From Raillietiella orientalis (Eukaryota), in NCBI GenBank assembly GCA_036172245.1, contig JAYWIR010000007.1:1488001-1552000 (forward strand): a stretch of 64,000 bases of DNA. The letters are read 5' to 3'. Below the pieces are notes generated by a model. That model was not told the DNA's origin. It was given only the letters and a program-made list of their open reading frames with translations, and ran no database searches. The translations under genes were made by a program, and so were the position numbers. This document shows, in pieces, positions 51,300 through 64,000 of the stretch. Each line of letters opens with the position of its first letter. The stretch's first letter is position 1.

Positions 51300-54200
51300 C
51301 AACGCAGGTCAGGGTGCTCGTAGATAGGGGAGAACCGTGCTCCTCCGCGTTGGAGCAGAGAGCGCGAACCTCCATGCGCCTCCCGTGGACACCCCAGTCG
51401 CGAGTAGCCAGCTTGGGAAATACTCATGGCCCTGCCGCTCACCCGTGGACTGCTGACAGCTCTGCTGGGGAGTCGTCAGGAGCTCGGCAGCGATTGCAGC
51501 ATGCTGAGGGAGGGTCTATCGATGTCGGCGTTTCTGTTTACCACAAAGCTGTCAGCCTCGTACGGTGGTTCGGGTGGGAGACCGGGGCATCCTCTCTTCT
51601 GTCCAGCACGTGGACACCCTCGCACTCCTCACCCCCCGGTGCCAGAGTGGACGAAGGCGCGATCCATCTGCTTGAGGACTCCTCGTCTCTGCGGATGCAC
51701 CGGACTTGGGAATGGGTGGGGGGTAAGGGACATCCGCGTGCTGCCATGGGATGGCGCAGAGTCCAAGATGAGCACTGCTCTATCTAGCAGCAGATTCTTG
51801 GACGGAAGAGAACCCGGGCCGATCAAAGAGGGAACTTTTGCTTGGGGACCCCGACGAAGAGGAGAAAAAGTCCTTCCTCCGTGCTCCCATTACTCATGTG
51901 CCCTCCCCGAAACCTGAGGGAGGGGCATTTCGTGAGTGAGGGACGCATGCCCTCTCCTGGCGACATCGGTCGCCGGGCGGATGCTTCGATTGCTGGCTGC
52001 GGAGCTCAGAAGGCCTTCTATCGCTCGCATTCTTCAGGTGTCTCCTCATCATCAGGTAGGTGCTGAAGATGGACGTCGCCAACTCGGCATCCGAACCTAC
52101 GAATCTGCACCGGCGTACCCAGAGGGTGAGTTCTCTCCGTTTGCTCCAAGGTGCTTGTTTTCTCTTCCTCCTTGAAGGACGTGAGATCAAGTTGTCGTGC
52201 ACCACTGGAGGAGTCCGCAGACTCCTCGACGGCTGGAAGACGAGCAACCCCGGTTCACGCTGCGACTGCACGTTGCAGGGCGGAGGGGTAGATCCTGGAA
52301 AAAGGGAACCACAGGAAACCGAGGAGGACCCAGGGAAGCCAGAGTGTGCTCGTAGGCGATCAGCACCACCCCAAACTGCTGAAGAGCGTAGGGCTCCTAG
52401 GACTGTTCTCCCTCCCTCGACCTCCCTTCCGTTTTCACTGGTACACCGTGCACGTGATGGTCTCTGAAAAGAACACCGACGTGAGCACCGTGTCAGCAGG
52501 AGAGCAGGTCCAATCAGAGGGGAGTCCCGGAACTCCCTCGCAAGCGGCCGACTAACTTAGTCGACGGCTTCCCTCAAATCGACCGTGAATGCTTTCCAAG
52601 GCCTCCTCTCGCTTCTTCCTGTTCCCATAGATTGGCTGGTCGCACGGAGCGGGAGGAGTTCCGCCGTGCCTGCTCAGTGCGAGCCCTCCGCTTCAGCAGA
52701 AACAGCGGCTGGGGGAAGAGCAGGTCTCCCCTTCCCCCCCCCCCTCTCACTCTGGAATAGCATGGGTTTGCTCCGGGCGAATTGAGGAGGCGGCCAGCTG
52801 TCACGGTGCACAGCTCGCAGAACGACTCAGCACCCGAGTTCACCAAGGCGACCGGAAGCGAGTTCTTCAGATGGTGAAGGTCTCTCTCCGGGCGGGAAGT
52901 CGCACCTTGGGGGGGGGAGTGCTCGAAGAGGCTCTATCGTCCTCCTCCTGGATCGGTGTCCATACCTGAAGCGGCCCACGTCTCGAGACTGCCCCGGACT
53001 GCAGACTATCACTTCAGGTGCCGTCGAGGACCTCCGCCGTTGTGAAACCGCCGTTGAGGAGCGCTCGTTCTTCTCTTGCAGAGAGAAGCAACTGCCTTGG
53101 GCAACAGCTGACCCTGGAGGTCACGTTTCAACGAGTACGTGCGCATACAGAGAGGAATCACACCAGACCCGAACCAACGCCAGGAGACCTGCCTTTTTTT
53201 TCCTTTTTGCTTCTCCAGGTACTCAGTAGCCCTCCCCACGGAAGCGGGGGATGGTTGTTGACCACCCCCACTGGGGTGCATAGAAGGCCTCTCCGCACAA
53301 GGGTTCCCAAAGCTCTTCCCCTGCTGTCCCGCGTCCGAGGCAAGCGCGAAGCGGCGAGGGATGACCCGATTCCCGGCCTCCAGTGGATGCAGCGGCATCC
53401 GGGCGCGGACACGAGCGCCTCCAGCCAGCACACTGCCCGGAGCCTGCAGCGTTATCGCGTGGGAAAAATTGGAACCCGCGACGCGTGCGAACTCGGCGCC
53501 GATCCTTTCCGGGAGTGGGTCGGACCTACGGCGCTCGGTGCTGCGTCGCGCGGGGAACCGTCCCTGCCCTCGCTCTCCCAGGAGACCCGCTGCCAGGACC
53601 GTCGCTTAGCATGAGCTTTGCAGTCCTTCGGGCGGCAGGGCTCTCGCCCTTGGGGAAACGAGTCTGTTATCCAATCCTGTGCGGTTCAGGGGCGTGTCAA
53701 GAGGACCGTGGGGGATAGGGGAGGGGGAGGCGGTCCCAGTCTTTGAACGTGCGCAGGAGGAACGCAGCTACCTCCTTTTTGCCCTGCAGGTGCGTCAGCC
53801 GGTCTCCGCAAGCGATTGAGAGCTCCGCCATGCACTCCTCCCCCCTCCTCCTCTTCGTCGGTGCGACCACATCGATAGATCGCACCCCGACTCTGGTCCC
53901 CGCCCTCGGGTGCAGGCGGCCGTCCCGGAACACACGGGAGAGAGACGCCTCCCATCCCTGACTCGCAGGCCACCAGGCGCGGGAACGTCCGCGCCGCTGC
54001 TGCGAGCAGCTCGCTGCGCGATGACAGTGGAACGGTGGGGTCGCGTCCCTGGCGATGGCCCACCCTGCCTCCACCTCCCAAGCTAAGGGAGAGCGGCCGC
54101 ACGCTCTTCGTGGACCCCGCTGCGGACGAGCTCGATGCCGCCGGCCCGTTTGGGGTGGGAGAGAGCTGCTACCGATTCCCCTCGACTGGAGAGAACGGCG

Positions 54201-54670
54201 GGGGGCGGGCTCGGAGCGTCCTCAGCCCCGCAACTTCCTCCCCCGCCCCTCTGCCTCCTTCCCTTCTCCAGAATGGCCGTCTCGGTCTGCGTTACGTGCT
54301 CCCGAGCCGTCAGACGTCCCTCTTCGGGGAGTGCTGAACCGAAGGTGGTGCAGCTTCCGAGATCTCGAGCACCCCGCCCACCGCCGACCTGGAGGGCAGG
54401 GAGAGAGAGAAGGGGGGAAAGGGCGAGGCGTAAGGAGAGGGAGGAGGCAACGCAAAGAAGGGCAGGGAACGAAGGGCGAGTCGGTCCGTCGCGCGGAAAC
54501 GGAAACCGAGGTCTTGGGTGCCTACGGAAGGAGCGCACCTTACCTCACCTTCGCGCGCGATGCGCAACGCCCGGTCCATCCTGCCCGCGCCCTCATCTCG
54601 CGCGCCAACGACCCGGTGCTACGTCGATGCGTGCGTCCTCAGGGTGGTGTCCGCCGGCGGGACTCCACAT
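51300..54670 (-). mobile_element. Heavily decayed LINE 5' half (ORF1-like and APE-like)
   Basis: SFCELCTVTAG knuckle-like remnant near 52830-52795; VGDVH (GDFN-like) near 52082; patchy similarity to 18640-19120. Confidence 0.4.
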
Positions 54671-55185
54671 CTGGTTGCGCCGGGGAGTTTGTTTGCTTAA
54701 CTACCCTTAGAGGGCTCCTTGGAGGAACTGCGACGGGCGCAGGGGAGGGGAAGGGGGGCAAGGGAAGGGATTCCCTCCGCCCGTTTCGTCTGCATCCTTC
54801 GCAGCGGTGCCGGCGAGCTCCTCCTTGAGCCTTCCCAGACGGGGTCGCCTCCCACGGGAGCCTCGGACGGCAGCGAAGGGGGTGGCGGCCCCTCGCCTGC
54901 GCTCGCGCACCTCAAGGCGACGGCACCGTGCGGGCAGCACAGAGCGCCGCGACGGCGCCTGCGGGCGGCATGGCACTCCACGCTCAGAGAAGCGCTGAAG
55001 AACGTCAGTCGGGTTGTCCACTGGGATGGGAAGGGAGGGGAGATGGCATGGAAAAAATGTCCCCGTGGTGTCCGGGGGGCAGCACGGCTTTCACTGGCAG
55101 GTGGGGAAAGGATGCCGCCCCCTCGCGCCTGGCTCACTCCGGCGCGACGGATCGGGTTCGAAACCCCGAAGGATCCTCAAAAGTA
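54670..55185 (-). mobile_element. 5'-truncated LINE relic; 54787-55165 closely matches 48505-48885
   Basis: Long direct sequence match; terminal motif AAACTCCCCGGCGCAACCAGATG near 54690-54668. Confidence 0.85.
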
Positions 55186-55214
55186 AAACGCGCCCGCTCA
55201 TCCCGCACAGATTT

Positions 55215-56600
55215 CATATGCGCGGTTATTCACATTTATTAACATACGTATTACGAACAGGAATATTATTGGAACAGATATATTGATGAAGATTTGTATT
55301 ATTAATAAAATTAATAATGTTGAACATATTGTTGCTATACGTGTAAATGACAATAAAAAATTAACAGAATACTATTTATTTCTATTTATGCAAGCACACC
55401 TATATTTATATAAAGATTAATATATGGATTAATACATACTGTGAAGATTCACAGAAATATATATTTATTCATTGTACATAATCATCTATGTATTCATTTA
55501 TATGTGTTAAGTAGATATATAATTTTAAGAAATATCGAATTTTAAGAAATGAAAAATAATCGTGACGAAAAGAGTAGAAAAAAATAAAAATGCAAAGAAA
55601 AAAAATGAGCAAAAAATTATAAAAATAAACGGAAGAAATTAAATAAACAAAAAAGAACATGCGATCTTCATGTATCCACAATGTATAATACACATATATA
55701 TGTACATAGTTCTATACATATGTGTATGTATTTATGTTTCTATATATATATCTACACACGTATGTAAATATGTGCACATACGTGCCACATTCACGTATAT
55801 ACTTATTTAGAAACATTTGTATTCATATATATATATTTCTACAAATATTGATGTATATAATAGGCACACATATATATTTATTTTTTGTAATTTTCAATAT
55901 ATATATATGTATATTTATTAACAACATAATCAACAACTTACTATTCGTATTAATAAAGTGTATGTCACTGAATCTTAACAAATATATCCAATAATATTAT
56001 GTTAATAAACACGAATGCATGTTACAATAAATTTACATATTAATCTATGTAGAATAAGCATACATGTTTATTCATTGTAATCTTTGTAATATACATTAAT
56101 GCATATATTAATCATTATATAAATGTATGTATGATTGCATATAATAAGCGCATATACATGTTCATTTTTTCATGCTCTTCATGACATACATGAATCCATA
56201 TATTAGTCCTTACATAAATGTATGTTTATTTTTTATAATCTTTCATATATATATATATGATCAAGAGCTTGTTAATTACATTAACAAGATGTATGTCACT
56301 GAATCTTACTACGGGCAGTTCTCCATATAAAGGAGGACTTCCCTTGCTGGAGGTCGTCCGTTATGTGTTCGTTGCGTGTATACGAACACCTAAATATGCA
56401 CTTTTTTGCGTACACGGTGCGGTCCTATATGTCATTTTTACACGTGAGAAGCACTGCATTAAACATCGAATGTACACGTTTTATCATAATCGTACTCCAC
56501 GAACGTAAAATAAAGTTGAAAGAAAATACTACGAGAAAACAAGATACAACAGCAAACAGTTAATTTTAATTGGAAACCATAAACAAAATTGTATGATGCA
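55215..56600. repeat. AT-rich island 1 with degenerate satellite units
   Basis: Abrupt drop in GC; exact 19-mer TGTATGTCACTGAATCTTA at 55959 and 56290; shared unit copies near 56056 and 56216. Confidence 0.8.
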
Positions 56601-57329
56601 TTATGTACACACATAAAATATGCATTCGACTTTCATTTGTCCATATTTTCATCAGTGTTGGTCAACGTCACTTTGCACACACGTGGTAGGTGGTTGAACT
56701 TCCCTCGAGACGGCTGCGGCTGGTCCGTCCACTCTTTTAAAGAAGGATTTGATGGAAGGCTGCACTGTTGGTTTCTCCTTTTTCCTGAAAAATCTCATCA
56801 TGGCGTTTCAGTGAGCCGTAAACGCCGCCTCTTTTCACTTCCTCAACTCTCTTCATATGCGAGTCCCGTTCTTCAAACGCTGCCATTCCCTCAGAAATGA
56901 ACTGAAGATCTGCAGCCGCTTTCTGCGTCGTGGATGTTCTGGAAGAATGTGAAACGCCAGGTTCTTCTAATGCCTATTCCGTGTTTCGATCTGCTTCTGT
57001 TGCTATCAATCCATCGGTTGTTCATTCCTCAGAGTGCGAATCCAGCAACTCCCTCGCATATCAGCCGAGTGGAGGTCGGGGTCCATTTGATTGCCCAGTT
57101 CAGCAGCCTCCACAGTCACGGATTCCACTGGTTCCTCAAAATCACTTAAGCTGTTCGCAAGGGTTGAGCACACACGCTTTTCCGCACACCATTCCAGGTT
57201 GCTTCCTCCACATCCTATCGCGTTAAGCAAGTTAAGTTTAGGGTGTCGGCGATCTTACAGTACACCATAGTTGTTCGCTATTGCGTGGGTTATGCAAATA
57301 AAAAAGAAATCCTGAAATTGTGATGTTCG

Positions 57330-58125
57330 ACATTCGGGATTTTTGGTCGCCAGCGGGCGTGGCGCCCTTCCCCGTCCGGAGGTGGCAGCGTGCGTTGCAC
57401 GGACGTCCTCCCCAATGCGACATCAGCAGCGCCGACCGCCGCCGCTTGAGGGTAACCCTGGAAACCGTCAGGTGGAACTGTTGAGCGTGACCCCCCGGAG
57501 AACTCTGCTTTGCGCCGGAGCACCTTCGCGTTCCCCTTGAAGCGGAGGCACGACGAGATGGAGGCGCTCTTTTCGAGCGGGAGCTCCCAGTGCGAACCAG
57601 GGCCGACTGCCCCGTCCCCGAGGGAGTTGCATCCCGCGACTGCCCGAGGACTGCGACGGTGTCCTCCGGCAGCTCTGGCGGAGGCTGACCGCAGCACCCC
57701 CTGCACACTGAAGACGCTGCCCGAAGGACTTGCCGCGGCAATTCTTCTTCGCGCAGGAGGCGGAACTCCCGGCAGACCCCTGCGAGCCGCCACAGTGGCA
57801 GCAGCCCACCACGTGCTGGAGTCACGGACGCGGAGTGGGGAGGCCACCACCGGCATGAGAGCGGAGCCTGCGAGGTGACCCCACTCTACCCACAGGAAGA
57901 AGTCAAATCGGAGACCGTCGGCATTCTGCGCCGCCGCCGATCAAGAAGAAAGAGCCTCCCCCCAGTTTCCACCTTCCCTTTATTTATTGTCCAGAATCCG
58001 ACCTGCTCTCCCTTGCTACTCCTGGACTTTTCCTTTGCTGTTGTGGTGATGGATATTATTTCTGCTTCGGGAATAGTGTTACCAACTTGCTTGTTTATTT
58101 TTGGGAAATAAATGCCCAGGTGGGG
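57330..58125 (+). mobile_element. LINE relic related to 36560-37660
   Basis: EEVKSETVGILRR parallels EEVKEEIAGIQRR; tail AAATAAATGCCCAGGTG near 58105. Confidence 0.6.
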
Positions 58126-58129
58126 AGGA

Positions 58130-59750
58130 ACGATCTGTGAGCTCATGGACGGCGAAGCCCTCTGAGCCGAGGTCCTCAGTGTCCTCATTCGGATGGAGCC
58201 TGGGGTGTGCTGGTCCATGAATTACCGCTCTTTCCCGTTCGGGAAGAGAACTTTACGGTGCGGGACGATGGCGAGCTCTCCCTCCTTGGCCAAGAGTGCT
58301 GGAGAACCTCGTGCGACTCAGCCGGTCCTGAGGAGCTTGAACAAAGCTGCCCTATGGGCAGGGAGGTCAAGAGGATGCTGCTGAGGATGGGCAGAACCCT
58401 TAAAAGGGAATGACCGCCGCCGCCATGAGTACCTACCTCCTCCCCCTCCGTAGAGACGTGGTCCGGATACTGATCAAAAGTGGCACCAGGAAAGGAAAAA
58501 AAATGGCGCAAGGTGGCTCCTGCGGAGAGTTCCCGGCGCTAGCGCATAGCGCGCCCACATCGCAGCAGTCTGCGCATGGGCGCACGCATCCTCTCTGGGG
58601 AGATTTGCGCGGAGGGGAGACTGGAGCATTTCCGCTGGTCACGCCGGGACGTTTGCTCATCGAAGTGCGTGTGCAACAGACAGTAGGGACCAAGTTCCCA
58701 CTAGGGGACAAAGACCTGTTCGGGAACGTTCGCCAGCTTGCGGGTCGGCTGCATCCAAAGGAAGGAGCGAGAGCAAGAAATATACGAAAAAGCAAAAACG
58801 AAAGACGGGCAGGGAAGACAGCGAAGGGGGGAACGACGCCATTCCTCTTGCACTGGGCGGTGACCATGGAGAAAACTTTCCTCTGAAGGGCACGCATCAC
58901 ACCGTGGAATGAGAGGAAATCAGGACGGCCCTCTTTGATCAGAGGGATCGCGTCGCTTTACCTGAGCAGATAGGAGGACGTGACACGCAGGCGCCGTCGA
59001 GCGGACCACACCGTTCGTCTTTCAGTTCCTGAAAGACGCGTTCGCTGCATTCGCCTCCCTCTTAAGATGCTTCTTAGCCTTCCCGGAAGGATCGATTCCA
59101 AAAAAAACTCTTCTTGCAAACACCACTTGTCTGTAAGGGGTCAGCACTGGCGCAGATCGCAGGAAATCGGCGCGCATCCGTGTGCCATCCACCGCCCAAT
59201 TCAGCAGCGGTCATGCTGGTCGAAACGACTGCCCAGAGACGTGCCGCTCCCTGAAGCGGTTCACCGTCCTCTTATGAGGAGAAGCCTCCGTGTTGACTTT
59301 GAGCGGCAGGTCACGGCACACAAATGCCTATCTGCAAGAAGAGACTGAGGAGGATGCTGGTAGGAGACGCATCTCCCGCTCTCATCCACGCCCTCGGAAG
59401 CATCCTTGCAGGTGGAGGAACGGGATCGAAAGCCTCCTCCTCTTGGTGCAGGCCTTTCCCGTTCACCGGCAGCTTCTGGACCTTGAGACGTTTTCGGCAC
59501 GTCTGCTGCAGCCGACGGGCCAGGTTCCACAGTGCAATCCGAAACACTCCCACCGAGCCCTTGACTTTCTCGAATGGATCCCTCGCCCACTCATCAGATT
59601 TCCTCTGAGCGCGGAGAAATGAGCCGAAGTTTTTGAAGATCGATACTTCCAGATACATGGTTTGGAGTGTCGGGGTTTTTGCTGTCAAAGACGTCTACCT
59701 CTTTGCGGTCCCCCCCCTCTTAGCTCGAAAACTCCTGCAGGAGCGTTTCC
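58130..59750 (-). mobile_element. Decayed retroelement-like coding relic
   Basis: PRCDACPSEESFLH (zf-RVT-like) near 58908-58866 within GC-rich, stop-interrupted frames. Confidence 0.35.
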
Positions 59751-59769
59751 TCCGGATAACCAGCATTAC

Positions 59770-60950
59770 CGATCAAAATACCAAACGAAACGCAAAAAAT
59801 AGATATGTACGTTTATTCCATGTATTAATACATAGATTCACATAATATTATGAAGATCACATGAAAATAAACATACAGGCTAACTATGCATACCAATATA
59901 TATTTTTGTATGTATCATGTTTTCGGAATTTTGATCTTTTTGGATTCTGATCTCTTGCTGAATGCTTACAGTTCGATGGTTGTATATTTGCTTCATATGT
60001 ATTTGTTGTATATGAATACGTCTAATGAAAATATGTATCTATTTTTTTTTATAATCTTTACTATACATTTAATGAATTTCAATAAATATGCGTGTCGAAA
60101 TAAATTTGTACATTAATCTATACGCAAATATGTGTATGAATACATGTAACAAACATATATACAATATTATTAACAATACTCAATAGCATTCACGACAATG
60201 CATGTTATCAATTGTATTAATAATATGTAGTAAATATATATTCATATATAATAGACGCATTTGCAATATCATTTAACAATATGAAATAACCTTTGCTAAC
60301 ATAAATAGTATTAGCCACATTAATGATGTGTATGTTAATAAATATTAATGAATGTGTTAAAATACATTTGCACATTAATCTGTACATAAATGTGATGATC
60401 TGTGCATAATTATAATCTATATTATGAATACACACAAGTAATTGAACGAAATCTCATTCGTTAAATTGCATCAGACCGTTGAGGTGGTCTCACTGCAGTT
60501 AGCCGCTGCGCATCCTTGCGCGTTTCGCGCATGCGTGTGGACGCAAAATCTTTGCGTCCACACGTACATAGCAATCTACATAATAAATCCTTGTAATATA
60601 TATATTCATCTACATAATAATCATGCGTATACATAATAAGCATGCATGTTTATTTTTTATAATCTTTGTAATATATATTAATCTACATAATAAACATTTA
60701 TTCCTTAATTATGCGTTCAGTAATTACAATAAACATTTATTTATTTATGTATTATGCGTTTCGTTCATGTGTATGGAAGCGAAATTCGGTCTAAGAACCT
60801 GACCGTTTTCAGAATTTTTTCGAAAACTGTGCAAACCTCTGTTCACAAACCTGCCAGCTGCAGCTGCAGAGATATATACATAATAAGCACACGTGTTTAT
60901 TTTTTTATAATCTTTGTAATATACACGAATCTACGTAATAAACATTAACT
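59770..60950. repeat. AT-rich island 2 sharing the satellite unit of island 1
   Basis: AAGCAYRCRTGTTTATTTTTTATAATCTTTGTAATATAYA..AATCTAC.TAATAAACATT at 60638 and 60885. Confidence 0.8.
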
Positions 60951-60959
60951 TATTTTCGA

Positions 60960-63900
60960 TCGTTCCGGATTTCGGCGTTTGGAGATTTCGCACCAAAGCC
61001 CACAACCCGATATGCTTGAGAGCCAAGAAGACTGCCCAGGGGTCAGCTTGAAGCCGGTTCTTCGAAACACGACCACCGGCTGCTTACCCTTCGTAGAGCT
61101 GAGCTGGGGGTCAAGAACAGCCCCCGCCGGCGAACATCTTGCCATAGCCGCGTGACGCAAGAAATCCCCGGCAGTCTCGACCCAGGGACTCGCTTTCGCA
61201 CGAAACGCTCGCACCCCCTGTGGCACGGGCGCGCGCCAACGCGACATCTCCGCTTCGGCCCTTCCGCCCTTCAGGAAACTCTTTCCCCGTTCCTTCAGGC
61301 CACTGTTTGCCTAGCGGCGCTTCCTTCCAGTTGTCGGTCGCGAAGTCACCGCCAAAGATGGCCCTCGATGAGCAAACCTATAGGCGACAGCAGTCTCGCG
61401 GGAAACTTTGAATGCCCATCGACTCGTGTCCCCGGGAAGAGAAATTTTCAGATGGCTGCTGGAAATTTCTCTTCGCCCGACGATCGCAACGACTTCCAGC
61501 TCAGGGGCTGCCCGCACGTTTCCTTCTTGCGCCACGAAAACGGGTCATTCCAACAGCTTTCCTTTGCGTCCATTCCCAATAGACGTGGGGTGGTACTGGT
61601 CCTTCGTGTTGACACGCACCGGCGAGATCTGGTCAGCCAACTCCCACGCTCTCAGCGACCACCTTTCTGCTTGTTCCACCGCTCTTCAAGATTCCCACGT
61701 GTGGCGTCCAGCGCGAACCTCTGCTGCTGTGTCTCTCGTCTGACACTTCGGCAGGCAGATCTTCCGCTGATTAATGATGGTTTCGAGAACCACCTCTTCG
61801 CCTCTGGTTTTGTGTTGCCATGCAAATGCGCAAAGACGCCACGTGGACCCAGGAAAATACGTGAGCTTCGGTCAAGGCTCATTTAGAGTCACGGTCTCAT
61901 TTAGAGTTTCCAAAGAGCCCTCTCTCTCTTGTTTCTCGCCCTTTTTCATAAATAAAAGATGAAAGAAATAAAATCGGTATTTGAAAGAATCCATTCCTCT
62001 TTCTTCCTGATGACAAAAATGACGAGCAACACAAGTCCACTCGCAAAAGAAGTAGGCATTCCGAGCACCTACTGAAAATGGGGCATCTGATTCACATTCA
62101 GGGCATATTCTTGCCAGTGCACAAACACATCTCCATGCCAGGCTTAAGACGGCAGAGTCCACTGATTCTGTTCCCGAAATTTCGTGGACAAAGTCAGCAA
62201 ATAAAGCACTCGGGAGTGGACGAGGAAAACTGCTCACTGATTTTTCAGATGTGGATTGCCCTTTTCGGATTTTTTCAAGACTTCTCGGAGGATAAAATGT
62301 ACAATGCGACATAAGAAGGAATTTGTGGAAAGGTAAAATCGTATTCGCTTCTATCGGTTTTCCAAGGTCGGTGCGCATTTTGGTGGTGCAGTTCAGTGGT
62401 CACACAGAGGCAAGAAGCGGCCATTCGAGCGGCACCGAGTTGAGGGTTGACAGACGGGGATTCTTCTCGTTCGCCTTCCACCCTTGTTTTCCGCCTTGAA
62501 CTTTGAAGGAGGAATAGGGCCTGAGCGCAGCCCACACCGACGGCCGGAACACAAACCAGAAAGAGGAATCTTTTTTCGGCAAGAGAAGCCGGTGCGAAAG
62601 TGCTGTAAATGGTTTGAGCTGGAAGGCCCGTTTTTCTGGCAGTTCCTCATCTTAAGGATCGAGATGCCTTGTGCCCCTTTCAGACGGATCGAAAACTGCA
62701 CGGAGATGGCACTGGGCATCGGAACCTGCGTTCACGACCTCTAAAAAGATGACGAGTAGCCAAGAAAAAGAGTGTGCTGAGATTCGAGAGTGAGCATTCG
62801 TTAAATTGAATTGCCGAAAATGGTCTCATTGCAATGAACTGCTATACACGATTAGGTGTTGTGATCACACGCATGGACACCAAACTTGGTCTCTTTCTCG
62901 CGATTCGACTGTTTTTAGAACGTTTCGAAAGATGCACAAACCTCAGTTCGACAAATCTGTCGGATACAGCTGAAGAGACGAGTGCCACGGACTCGTTCAC
63001 GAGTCAAGAATCCGCCTGCTCCCTATATAAATGCGTGCCCAAGATCGAAAAACCAGGGACTTTCGTGATATCCTGAGATGATCCCAGCCGGAGTTCAGGT
63101 TCAAGTAGGTTCTTTTGCGGATGGGAACAAGGAACACTCGAAATCAAGGAGACCACGAGTCAAAGAGGCTTCTTCCAGGCCTGAAATGTGGCCTCTATCT
63201 TTAAGCTCTTTTTGATTTTGAGCCTCGTAGTGACAAGCTCGTTGGACCTACGCCCTGAGTGGTTCCCAGTCTTGATGAAGCTGATGCTGCTCTTATTCAC
63301 ATGGTAGCAGGACACTAGCTTTTGACCTTTCCCGCACAATGGCGAAGTGTGGATCTTTCGTGTTTTCAATTTCGTTCTGCGACTTTGCTTTGCCAACTCG
63401 TTATTTCATCTTCAGCTTGGAAACTGCTCCTTGCATTTTTCATTCCGCTTTCGCTCGTCGGAGGTGCATCTTCTTGTCGTCCGCGTTCGTCTTCCGGATT
63501 TTCCACCATCTTCCTGCTTCATCCAAAGCAGATGCTGTGCTCGAATAGCAGAACACGCGCCCTTTTGTACTCACGTATTCGTCCACACCTGCACGGATAG
63601 TTCATCAAAAACGGAAAAAAAAAAAAAAAAAAAAGTAACCAACCTCCTGACCCGTTTTCCTGTTTGGTTTTATTCGGTTCCTGTCACGTTCTTCCCTGTT
63701 TCTGTTCATGAGTTTTCGGCTTATTTGAATATTCGCAATGGCAGAAGGGGTCCACGCAGTCTCGCACGTGCATTCTCGAAAATCCTTCTCGTTAAATGAA
63801 GGCAGGCGGCTGCTACCATTTGCGAAATCTTTCCGACTGTCTGCACCTGCACTTCATCATTAATGCATCTTCTATCCCTCAGATTTTCTCCTTGAGCTCA

Positions 63901-64000
63901 AAGAGATCTACTGATACGTTGTGCGAGGAGGGAGAAGCTTGCCAGATCGTAGCATCCTGTTGCTTTCTTCTCAACAGTGCATCTCGTTACTTTTTACAGA
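60960..64000. CDS. Coding-like region; strand and frame unresolved
   Basis: Plus frame is stop-free 61020-61886 with a GTGAG donor at 61861. Minus ORF 62378-61872 (168 aa), minus acceptor CTTTTTAG near 62742 and a poly(T) intron near 63643-63589. Confidence 0.35.

Noticed and set aside
55469..56563. Short Ile/Tyr/Phe-rich ORFs in the AT islands
   Set aside because: They are compositional artefacts with no organellar or other recognisable protein motifs.

Overview
Eukaryotic nuclear DNA with short GT-AG introns (GTAAG/GTGAG/GTACG donors) and long poly(A)/poly(T) runs; fungal- or protist-like, organism not identifiable. About 1-16.3 kb holds intron-rich, mostly minus-strand genes I cannot name. 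About 17.4-59.8 kb is a GC-rich, nearly gene-free pile of nested, decayed L1/Tx1-type non-LTR retroelements (APE, RT and zf-RVT remnants), broken by two very AT-rich islands (about 55.2-56.6 and 59.8-60.95 kb) that share a degenerate repeat. About 61-64 kb is coding-like again. The main unexplained signal is a roughly 0.8-0.9 kb module in 9 diverged copies: a tRNA-like (B-box) head, a conserved hairpin, a large closed domain made of UUCG-capped hairpins, and a GNRA hairpin just before a likely ORF1 start. It behaves like the 5' leader of the LINE family rather than a free SINE, suggesting a Pol III-type promoter plus an IRES-like RNA (hypothesis). The LINEs also share a structured 3' end without poly(A), fixed by one 12-bp target-site duplication. 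The overall layout resembles a LINE-rich pericentromere around AT-rich cores. All alignments and folds were done by eye; element boundaries are approximate.
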